A DNA stretch of 64,000 nt from positions 2,215 to 66,214 of the forward strand of contig CAZHRU010000002.1 in NCBI GenBank assembly GCA_964535015.1, given 5' to 3'. The DNA comes from an uncultured Verrucomicrobiota bacterium. GTDB lineage: Bacteria; Verrucomicrobiota; Kiritimatiellia; CAIKKV01; CAITUY01. Each line of letters starts with the position of its first letter. Position 1 is the stretch's first letter. A model generated the notes under the pieces. The model saw nothing but the letters and a program-made list of their open reading frames with translations, did no database searches and was not told where the DNA came from. Both the position numbers and the translations under genes were made by a program. Of this stretch, positions 8,096 to 16,391 are shown in pieces.

Positions 8096-10180
8096 TCAAT
8101 CATGAACCGTGTAGGGTACGATGCACAACTCCCGCAACATGAGATCAATACCTTTCTCCGGGTCCGGACTCCCGATCAGCACCACCTCCCGGATTCCCGT
8201 CAGCCCCGGCGTCGCAGGCAGCGGAATTCTCAACTCCGCTTCCGCCGCCCCCGTGTTCTCAAACCGAAATGCAATCAGATTGGCCACACGCCGACTACCG
8301 CTCTCCCGGTCCTCAAACGCCAGTGTCGCCCCCACCGCCGAACCGTTATTGCAGTACCGGATCCGCAACTCACCGTCCGATGGCGATACCCCGCCCAACC
8401 GTCCGGGAAACGTCCAGGTAATCGCGCCTTTCTTCCCTGGGGCGCCCCACAACCGATACGCACCTTTCACGGCCTGCCCCTGGATACCGCCGCCACCCGG
8501 CGACCAAACCACCGCCTTTGCCTCCACCCCCAACAGGTCCACCCGCTCACCCCACGGATACACCCGCGCCCAATCCCCCGCAAACCCCCGCTCATCAAGA
8601 TAGCGACTCATCGCCACCGACCCCCGCCCAATCCCCCCAAGGATCAATGACATCACATGCGCCGCCGTCTGACACTCCACCCGTTCCCCGGTATCCACCC
8701 TGACCCCCTCCCACGGGCCGTGCCTCGTAAACAATCCCGAAATACCCGACCACTGCTCCCCGAGAAACTGCTCGACCTCTTCCGGTAGAATCGAATACGC
8801 CACCCCCACTGTGTACAACGACGGGGCATTGGTAACTCGTGGCTTCGGGTCAACCGCCAGTTCCGGAACCCCTGCCCGCCCCGTATACTCGATACCATTG
8901 CCGGTGTAGGACTCCGTCAGGAACCCGGGTAACCGGTGTTGACGCGAATAATCAAGATTGATCCGCACCGCGTTCTCCAGGACCGCACGCCACCCGGGAA
9001 CCGTTAACTCCCTCATAAACAACGACAATCCAAACGCCTGGAATGCCGACCCCTCCCATGGCGCCAGGGTGAAAACATGCCGGCCTCCCTCCGTAATCCT
9101 GCCTTTGATCCAGAACCCGAGGTTGCGCAGTGCGTCCAAAGGCATCCCATAACGGATCACCACAAACTGGGTGGGCCCCCGGAACTCGTTGACCAGATAA
9201 TCCGAATACCCCGCCTGCCACTCGCCGCCATCAACCGCCCACCCCACAAACCGCCGGTCAGACGCGTTCCATCCAAAACGGAACAGTCCACGCTTCGCAT
9301 CGTACAGGTATTCATAACCCGGCCGCTGGGCTTCAATGAAGAACTCCAACTTTTCGCGGATTCGCCCTGCCGTCGCGGTGTCCCGCACCCCCGGATCCAT
9401 TAGCGCGCCCTGCGTCTTTGCAACGGACGCCGCCAAGTTCGCGTTATCCCCATAGATGATCTGCAACACCCGCCGGTCAAGAATCGCCAAAATCCTGGCC
9501 CGCATTTCCGCCCTGTCATACACCGCCAGTTCACCGGTGAATCCACCCTCCCCGTAATCCCCCTCCCGAACAATGTCCGCCCCCTCGTCGCCCTGCCACG
9601 CCTTCAGCCATCCGCGCTGGCTCAGGGCCCGCCACACCGCTTCGCCTTCCACAGGCCCGAATGCCTCACGGAACTCGCTCTTGCTTGCCACCGAGGCCAG
9701 CGGGGCTTCCCTACCCTTGGCCCCAAACCCCATGAAGTTGCACAACAAACCACGATCACTTAACTGTGGGTCACGTTGATCCGCCAGCAGACTATCCGTC
9801 AGGTGCTCCAGCCGCACCAGTGCTTCCGCCCGCGACACATACGGCGAATCCGCGTACCCGCCCGCCACTTGCGCAAGCAATTCCATCCATGCCCCGATCG
9901 CCGTCAACTGCGTGAATCCGCGTAACCGTAATCCGGTCTTCGGATCGTCATTCCACCCCTCGCGCGGATACCCTGATTTCGGCTCAATCAATCCATGCTC
10001 GGGACGGAGATACTCCATCGCATTGGCCAGCAACCGCGTCATATGGGTATGGCGCGCATTCACCGTCGAAAAAACACACCGCTTGCTACGCGTCTCCCCG
10101 GCCGGCGCACGACCATGACTGCCCACGCTCACACACCCGGCGACCACGACCGCAATCCCCACCGCCATCAACCCTGTCAT
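8096..10180 (-). CDS. Lipoprotein with a six-hairpin (alpha/alpha)6 glycosidase-like body and a C-terminal beta-sandwich-like domain
   Basis: Start trimmed to ATG 10180, giving MTGLMAVGIAVVVAGC (lipobox VAGC) 7 nt after the stop of the GH94 gene. Segments GYPREGWNDDPKTGLRLRGFTQLTAIGAWMELLA and APWEGSAFQAFGLSLFM resemble the glucoamylase-like/DUF3131/GH144-type superfamily. This is recollection, not a search. Confidence 0.7.
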   Translation of the reverse strand: MTGLMAVGIAVVVAGCVSVGSHGRAPAGETRSKRCVFSTVNARHTHMTRLLANAMEYLRPEHGLIEPKSGYPREGWNDDPKTGLRLRGFTQLTAIGAWMELLAQVAGGYADSPYVSRAEALVRLEHLTDSLLADQRDPQLSDRGLLCNFMGFGAKGREAPLASVASKSEFREAFGPVEGEAVWRALSQRGWLKAWQGDEGADIVREGDYGEGGFTGELAVYDRAEMRARILAILDRRVLQIIYGDNANLAASVAKTQGALMDPGVRDTATAGRIREKLEFFIEAQRPGYEYLYDAKRGLFRFGWNASDRRFVGWAVDGGEWQAGYSDYLVNEFRGPTQFVVIRYGMPLDALRNLGFWIKGRITEGGRHVFTLAPWEGSAFQAFGLSLFMRELTVPGWRAVLENAVRINLDYSRQHRLPGFLTESYTGNGIEYTGRAGVPELAVDPKPRVTNAPSLYTVGVAYSILPEEVEQFLGEQWSGISGLFTRHGPWEGVRVDTGERVECQTAAHVMSLILGGIGRGSVAMSRYLDERGFAGDWARVYPWGERVDLLGVEAKAVVWSPGGGGIQGQAVKGAYRLWGAPGKKGAITWTFPGRLGGVSPSDGELRIRYCNNGSAVGATLAFEDRESGSRRVANLIAFRFENTGAAEAELRIPLPATPGLTGIREVVLIGSPDPEKGIDLMLRELCIVPYTVHD

Positions 10181-10187
10181 CCACCCG

Positions 10188-13100
10188 TCACATCTCATTA
10201 CTCCACTCCCTCCGCACTGCCACCACCCGCAGATCACCGCGCGGCTCCGCCAGATCATCCGGCAGGCGGACCTTGTTGTTCTCCAACCGCGCCCCCACAA
10301 CACCTTCCAGCGCCTGTCGCACCATCCAGGCCGCCGCCCCCGTATAACCGTTCCAGATCATCCGCCCGGGTTCAACCTCCGTCAGGTAATCCGCCGCCTG
10401 CTTGTTCGGCTGCCCTCCATAGACATCAATCCGGTCCTCCCCCGTATGATCCAATGGCGAGATCTTCCGCCATAACCGGATCGCCGCCGCGCGATAGGTT
10501 GCCGCCCCCTCTCCGTCCCCCGCCGCCCGTCGCGCCTCCGCCAACAACCGCGCCGCCCCCACCAACCATTGCACCCCGTGACTGTACATCCCGTTCTCGC
10601 GCACGCCTTCCGGATACTGACTGACCCGCCCAAAGTGCGGACGGGTCCCTGCGTGAATCGCCGGCCATCCGAGCAACACCACCAACTCCCGCTCCAGAAT
10701 ACCCAGCGCGGTATCAAATCCCCGGCGGGCACGGTCAGCATCCGCTCCCGCCATCACCGCCCAGGCGACCGTCAACGCATCCACCTCCCACGCCCCCCCT
10801 CCCGCCACCCCAATCTCCGTCCCGTCATCATGGATGGCCCGCAAATACCGATCCCCACGCCACGTCGCCTCCAGCGCCTGCTTCAACCCCTCCAACCACC
10901 GCCGGTACTCCGCCGCCACGCCCGCCCCGCGCCGTCGTTCAATATGCGGCATGAACTCGCGCAACACGTACGCCAGGAAGAATCCCAGCCACACACTCTC
11001 CCCGCGCCCCTCACTGCCAATCTCATCAAAACTGTCATTCCAATCGCCCGTGCCGATCAGCGGCAACCCATGCCGCCCCATCCGCCGCCGCCGCACCAGA
11101 TCCAACGCCCTCATCACGTGATCAAACACCGTCTCGACCACCGGCGACCGCAACGGGAATAACCCCATCCCCCCCTTGCCTTCCGGCAACGGCAACAACG
11201 GCGTTTCCGTGTCCAGATAGGGAACCCGTTCATCGAGAATCGTCTCGTCCCCCGCCATCCGCACATACTCCGCCACCCCCCACCCCAACCACAGCAGGTT
11301 GTCGGACGCATGCGATCTCGACGCCAACCCGGTCTTGCCATTCATCACAAAGAACCAGTGCACCGTGTCGCCCTGGATGAACTGCTGACCCGCGTGGAGC
11401 AGCAATTGCCGCCGGGCCAACCGCGGATCCGCCCAGATCAGGTTGACCGCATCCTGCAGTTGATCCCGATACCCGAATGCGCCACTGGCCTGGTAAAACC
11501 CTTTCCGCGCCCACAAACGCTCCGCCAGCGCCTGGTACTTGAGCCAGTACAAAAGATGATCGAACCCGCGATCCGTTGTATCAACCGTCACCGTCCGGCT
11601 ATACCCGTTCCACCACCGACGCGTGGCGTCCAATTGCGCATCGGCATGATCGGACCGCGCATACACCGACATCCATCGCTCCGCCTCGGCACTCGAGTCC
11701 GCTTGCCCCAGTATCACGACCACCGTGCGCACCTCCCCCGGCGGCACTTCCAGTCCCACCCGTAACCCCGCCACCGGCCGATCATCGCCATCGTCCCCAC
11801 TCATCGCCCCCTCGACACCCTCAACCCACCTCGGATGCGCCACACTCCGTCCGCCACCAAAGAACTCGCCCCGCCGCATCACCACCGCATCCGGCGCCGG
11901 ATTCATCGCCGCGAACGCGGGCCCGCTCCGGAATGTGTTACGCGGATTCTCAAAAAGCACCCCATCCCCATCCGCCGACAACCACCGCCGCAACACACCC
12001 GCATGTTCCGGACGGTTGGCCAGCACCATCTCGAAATACGCCGCGCATTGGAAATGCCGTGCCCGCCCGCCCTCGTTCCGCACTCTCAGCCGGTAGACGC
12101 CCAACGGCTCGTCCGGCGGCACAAACACCGTCAGCTCCGTGGCAAGCGTTCCCTGCCGCATGTGGAATACCGCGGAACCGTCCACACGAAACTCTGTCTC
12201 GTATCGCGCCCCGCGTTCGCGCAGCGGCTCCCATGTCGGCGAGTACCACGCCCTTTCATCCTGATCGAATAGATACAGGGCCTCGCCCGGCAGTTCGCGC
12301 GTAACCACATCCGCCCAGTCCGGCGTCAACCGGTTCTGCTGCGAATTGCCATTCGCCGAGGTGTGCAATCCGCGCTGGGTCACCGCCATGACGTGCCCCA
12401 TGGCATTCGCCATGGTGTGATCAAATGCACGCGGCGTGAAAGGCGTCAGCACCCGCAGAACCCGCCCCCCATCCTCATATCGCGTATACGGTCCCGTCAC
12501 GCCCCCGGGACGCTCACCATGACCCAGCCGCACCGCAACGGCACCGCACGTTGCCGCCGGAAAGGGTGTCCCGCACCCGGTTCCATCCCGCCACCGCCGC
12601 ACCTCCGCCTCGGCCTCAGCCATGGACCCCGCACATCCCACCCGCAACCGCACCGTCTCCTCCGCACCCGGCGCCACCTCAACCCGCAACGCCATGCACC
12701 CGATCGCGTCCAGCAACGGACAGGGCCCCACGCTTTCCGGGGCACGCCACCGGTTCTCGCGCACTGCCTCTGGCGCCCACACCGTCCCCGCCCTCCCGAT
12801 AAACTCAACCCGGGCCATCTGAATCCCTTCCGGCTTCCTGTCCGCCGCCAGAAATCCAACCTGGTGCGTCTGTCGGTGTAACGCCAGAACCGCATCCATC
12901 TCCGACCGGTACGACACCTCGGGGAACAACCGGTTGTACTGCGTGTGATTGCGGTCGGCCTCCGCACTGTTGAGTACCCATTCCAGATACGGAATCACCC
13001 GCAGGGACCTGCCCAGCACCCCGGGATTGCGTACTGTGATCACCCACGACTCCACCGCCCGGTCCTCGTCCGGCAATTCAATCCGGATGACCACCTCCAG

Positions 13101-16100
13101 TCCCTGCACTTCATGCCGCATCGTCAGCGCCTGCTCATCGCCCGACATCGCCGGCAACGTCCCAACCTCACCGGGATAATTCCCCGCCAGCGGCCAGCAG
13201 CTCCATGGGCCGGATGCGCCCTCCTGCCGTTCCGCCAGGAACAACGCGCGTCCCGCCGGATCACGCCCATCATAGGAACGCCGATGCACATCGAATCCCC
13301 GTTCCAGGTACTCGGCCCGCATTCCTCCGTCCCGGGCCAGCGTGAAGGAATAGACATCATTAACCAGTTTCAACGATGCGGGCCGCCCGGCGCGCCGCCT
13401 CAACACCCGCCCGCGCCACACGCCTGCCACAACCGCCACAGCAGCCACCACCCCCCCCGCTTCCAACCCCAGGACCACGCCCGACTGTTGCCAGACCTGC
13501 TCCACCCAGGACACCCCCCCCAACTTGATGGCCTGGGATTGCGCCCAGACTCGATCCCAAACGGCACCTGCCGGAATGTAGAACGGCAAGAGTAACGGCG
13601 CCCATGTCGTGAACCGCTTGACCCCCTCAGGGAAACACCGCGACGTCGCATCCGCCCCAAGGAACCGCGCCACCCTGGCATCCAATCGTTCCATCCCGAT
13701 GAAACTCAGGTTCACCAGCGTCGCCACCCGCAGCCCCATGTGGTCAAGCCAGATCAGCACACGGAAAGCGTCGTACGCCAGCACCCACATGAAGACCGTC
13801 ACACTCCACGCCTCAAACCCCTCGCGGCCAAGCCACAGACTCTGACCAATGCAACACAGGGTGCGAATACCCCCATCCTGATTATACCAGGTCGGCACCG
13901 GCATCTGACGGAGGAAGGTGAAGATGATCGGCGCCATCCACAACCCCCATCGCAACACGAAGATCGTCCCTTCCGCCAACTCCGTGACCCCGTCCCGCGT
14001 GAACAACCTCCGCAACGGTGCCATCTCCCGCTGGAACACCGCCATCAAGGCCGACCGGTTGATCGCGAACAACCATGCCGCCACGCCCCACGAAATCACC
14101 CCCGCCAACGCTTCATTCCAGAGCAGGCGCGCGCCGCCCGTGTAGTGCCCCAGATCCAGGAACCCCCACCGGCTTAACAACGGGTACACCTCGTACGGCT
14201 TCGCGGCCGTCCCAAACCCCAGATACACCGCCAGTTTCCCGGTAATCACCGGCGTCTGCGCCGCATCCAGATAGAAACCAAGGGCCGCCCCCACCAACCC
14301 GCCCAGCATGGCCTTGACCGCGTAGAGCCGCCACCCGCCCACAACACCCCGCCCGGCCCCCCCCAGGACCGCGTCACGCAGGAAACTGATTCCCGCATAC
14401 GCCGCCACCCCCGCCGCAAACCCCCACCCCGCCCGCACCGGCATCGCCCACGTGATAAACTCGTGCGACCACCCCCACGCCGCCATGACTCCAACCACGG
14501 CCCCTCGCCACACCAGCGAATACCGCCGATAGTTCCCCGCCAGACGCCGCACAAAGGATGGACTTCCGTCGAAACTCTCTATCAACGTTTTCGCGAACGG
14601 GAAAACCACGCCTCCAGCCACCGCCCATGTCACCAGCGGGGCCGCCGCTACAGACTGCTTCCACCACTCAGACCCGAGCACCAGACCACCCGCCTGCAAC
14701 AGTCCCATCACCCAACCGCCAAACCACATTCCCTTGCTCGCCCCCGTCCGCGCATACCCCGTAAGTTCAAGCCGCCCATGATGGGCACCCCCGCGCACCG
14801 CATCCAGCATCAGACCCGTCAGCAGATACGCTTCCGCCCACAACGCCGCCTGCGAAAGCACGGTGGCGATTATCGCCACCGGCACACGCCACAACCCCGG
14901 CACATTCCATCCCCCGGATCCTCCGTCAGCCACCCATGGCGATAGCACCACCGCCACCGCCACCAACGGCAATACCCACAGATCAACACCGCGCGCCTTC
15001 ACGACTTTCCAGGACCGGAGGCAAACCCAACACACCAGCAGGTTGACCCCCGCCAGCACCACAATCCTCCCCAACGCCAACCCGAGGGGCCCCGACCCCA
15101 CCCGTAACATCAATTCCCGGTTCGGCAACGCCAGCAACAATCCGAAAAGAAAAGGTATCGCCACCAGCCGAAGACTTGCGGAAACGCTTAACGAACGCCC
15201 AGCCACCCCCAGTTTCCGAACCGTGCCCGCCAGGTAGATCACCCAGAACGTAACCGCGCCAAGACGGCTGATCTTCGCCAGATCCACCCCTTGCTCCGCC
15301 GCTGTCCAGATCGGCACGTCACTGGCCGCCGTCGCCAGCACGCCCGAAACCAGGGCATGGCACAACGTCTCGCCTGCCGTCGGAAACCGCCCGGCCCGCA
15401 CCCTTGTGAGTATCCCGGCAACCAGCACCCCTGACAACATCACCACCAACGGGGTAAACGCCGACTGCCCCACCAGGGTCGTCCCGTCACTGACGATTCC
15501 CATCACCCCGCCGATTCCCGCCACAACCGCCAACCCAACCCCCAACGCCCACCCAACCCGGCACGGCATCCCGGCCCCGGTCTTTCGTCTCGCTAACAAG
15601 GCCGCCACTCCGGCCGCCAACAACGCCACCAGCCCCATCGCCACCCACCGCCCCCATCCCCCCGCCAACACCGCATACCACACAGGCCACCCGACAAATT
15701 CCGCCTGCACCCGAAGCACGCCGGATACCGGGGCCCCTCCTCCGGAATGCTGAAGGGCCAATACCCCTTCCTTCCACTCCCCGATCCGATTCCAATCCAA
15801 AATCACTTCACCCTGCCGCCGACCAGCCCGTAACACCAGCGGCACCGATTGAACCCCAACCGAACCTTTGATTTCCAATGTCGCCAGAATCGGGAGTTCC
15901 GCGCCAGATTCCAGAGTCAAGTGATAGCGCAGGACATGCGCGCCTTTTGCAGGTGAATCAACCCTCTCCGCATTCGCCCATACCCCGGCCCCGCCACCCG
16001 GCGGTATCATGAAGCGAAACTGCCAGACCCCACCTTCCCCTTGGTTCAATGAAGCCTGCCCGCCCTTCATGTCAAACGTCCCCTGCCCCCCCGCCCCACG

Positions 16101-16184
16101 AAGAAAACTATCCGCCTGGCAAACAGAACCAGTCAACACTCCCAAAGCAATAATCAGGACAAACACTCTTCCCATCCAATTCAC
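10188..16184 (-). CDS. Giant polytopic membrane protein with a C-terminal GH94 (cellobiose/beta-1,2-glucan phosphorylase, Cgs C-terminal-like) region
   Basis: 1998 aa. Signal peptide (MGRVFVLIIALGVLTGSVCQADS), a ~140-aa extracytoplasmic domain, then residues ~166-925 almost entirely hydrophobic helices. From ~938 there is a GH94-like region with GYRDQLQD (nt 11451..11468), GDTVHWF, GTGDWND (nt 11034..11048) and ENGMYSHGVQW. The start is GTG 16184 or ATG 16175. Confidence 0.85.
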   Translation of the reverse strand: MNWMGRVFVLIIALGVLTGSVCQADSFLRGAGGQGTFDMKGGQASLNQGEGGVWQFRFMIPPGGGAGVWANAERVDSPAKGAHVLRYHLTLESGAELPILATLEIKGSVGVQSVPLVLRAGRRQGEVILDWNRIGEWKEGVLALQHSGGGAPVSGVLRVQAEFVGWPVWYAVLAGGWGRWVAMGLVALLAAGVAALLARRKTGAGMPCRVGWALGVGLAVVAGIGGVMGIVSDGTTLVGQSAFTPLVVMLSGVLVAGILTRVRAGRFPTAGETLCHALVSGVLATAASDVPIWTAAEQGVDLAKISRLGAVTFWVIYLAGTVRKLGVAGRSLSVSASLRLVAIPFLFGLLLALPNRELMLRVGSGPLGLALGRIVVLAGVNLLVCWVCLRSWKVVKARGVDLWVLPLVAVAVVLSPWVADGGSGGWNVPGLWRVPVAIIATVLSQAALWAEAYLLTGLMLDAVRGGAHHGRLELTGYARTGASKGMWFGGWVMGLLQAGGLVLGSEWWKQSVAAAPLVTWAVAGGVVFPFAKTLIESFDGSPSFVRRLAGNYRRYSLVWRGAVVGVMAAWGWSHEFITWAMPVRAGWGFAAGVAAYAGISFLRDAVLGGAGRGVVGGWRLYAVKAMLGGLVGAALGFYLDAAQTPVITGKLAVYLGFGTAAKPYEVYPLLSRWGFLDLGHYTGGARLLWNEALAGVISWGVAAWLFAINRSALMAVFQREMAPLRRLFTRDGVTELAEGTIFVLRWGLWMAPIIFTFLRQMPVPTWYNQDGGIRTLCCIGQSLWLGREGFEAWSVTVFMWVLAYDAFRVLIWLDHMGLRVATLVNLSFIGMERLDARVARFLGADATSRCFPEGVKRFTTWAPLLLPFYIPAGAVWDRVWAQSQAIKLGGVSWVEQVWQQSGVVLGLEAGGVVAAVAVVAGVWRGRVLRRRAGRPASLKLVNDVYSFTLARDGGMRAEYLERGFDVHRRSYDGRDPAGRALFLAERQEGASGPWSCWPLAGNYPGEVGTLPAMSGDEQALTMRHEVQGLEVVIRIELPDEDRAVESWVITVRNPGVLGRSLRVIPYLEWVLNSAEADRNHTQYNRLFPEVSYRSEMDAVLALHRQTHQVGFLAADRKPEGIQMARVEFIGRAGTVWAPEAVRENRWRAPESVGPCPLLDAIGCMALRVEVAPGAEETVRLRVGCAGSMAEAEAEVRRWRDGTGCGTPFPAATCGAVAVRLGHGERPGGVTGPYTRYEDGGRVLRVLTPFTPRAFDHTMANAMGHVMAVTQRGLHTSANGNSQQNRLTPDWADVVTRELPGEALYLFDQDERAWYSPTWEPLRERGARYETEFRVDGSAVFHMRQGTLATELTVFVPPDEPLGVYRLRVRNEGGRARHFQCAAYFEMVLANRPEHAGVLRRWLSADGDGVLFENPRNTFRSGPAFAAMNPAPDAVVMRRGEFFGGGRSVAHPRWVEGVEGAMSGDDGDDRPVAGLRVGLEVPPGEVRTVVVILGQADSSAEAERWMSVYARSDHADAQLDATRRWWNGYSRTVTVDTTDRGFDHLLYWLKYQALAERLWARKGFYQASGAFGYRDQLQDAVNLIWADPRLARRQLLLHAGQQFIQGDTVHWFFVMNGKTGLASRSHASDNLLWLGWGVAEYVRMAGDETILDERVPYLDTETPLLPLPEGKGGMGLFPLRSPVVETVFDHVMRALDLVRRRRMGRHGLPLIGTGDWNDSFDEIGSEGRGESVWLGFFLAYVLREFMPHIERRRGAGVAAEYRRWLEGLKQALEATWRGDRYLRAIHDDGTEIGVAGGGAWEVDALTVAWAVMAGADADRARRGFDTALGILERELVVLLGWPAIHAGTRPHFGRVSQYPEGVRENGMYSHGVQWLVGAARLLAEARRAAGDGEGAATYRAAAIRLWRKISPLDHTGEDRIDVYGGQPNKQAADYLTEVEPGRMIWNGYTGAAAWMVRQALEGVVGARLENNKVRLPDDLAEPRGDLRVVAVRREWSNEM

Positions 16185-16209
16185 TCTCTGCCCCCCACAG
16201 TTGGCACAT

Positions 16210-16236
16210 TCTGGTAATAGAGCAGTGTCTGGTAAT
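16210..16236. repeat. Direct repeat TCTGGTAAT x2 (18-bp period) in the leader/promoter region of the GH94 gene
   Basis: TCTGGTAAT at 16210..16218 and again at 16228..16236, about 30-50 nt upstream (minus sense) of the GH94 start. Confidence 0.6.
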
Positions 16237-16360
16237 CCCCCCGCGCCGGGATAATTGGATGGGACTTCTGGGAATCAGGCGACAAATTTATCCCTGCACA
16301 AACATCATCCCTCATAGCACCACTTGCCCAACGTCCATTCATTCACATCAACATCCATAA

Positions 16361-16387
16361 TTCCCATGCTTCCCATACTTCCCATCC
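16361..16387. repeat. Three tandem 9-bp units TTCCCATNC
   Basis: ttcccatgc / ttcccatac / ttcccatcc at 16361..16387, immediately after the coaX stop (16392..16394). The minus strand reads ATGGGAAGT ATGGGAAGC ATGGGAATT. Confidence 0.6.
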
Positions 16388-16391
16388 CCCC

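Noticed and set aside
8096-10303. Full-length track ORF (735 aa) overlapping the GH94 gene by 116 nt.
   Set aside because: The first 41 residues are Trp/Arg/Cys-rich and overlap the upstream gene. ATG 10180 yields a canonical lipoprotein signal peptide and leaves a 7-nt intergenic gap, so I used the shorter model.
16201-16218. TTGGCAC-N5-TGGTAA resembling a sigma54 -24 element.
   Set aside because: It lies on the plus strand with no plus-strand gene downstream, because coaX and the GH94 gene are both on the minus strand. The -12 element would be TGGT instead of TTGC.
16305-16385. 26-codon mini-ORF (MGSMGSMGIMDVDVNEWTLGKWCYEG) as a leader peptide or RiPP precursor.
   Set aside because: The ATG codons are generated by the 9-bp repeat itself. 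There is no spaced Shine-Dalgarno (the G-run abuts the ATG) and no maturation enzymes nearby. I kept it only as a caveat within the leader-region finding.
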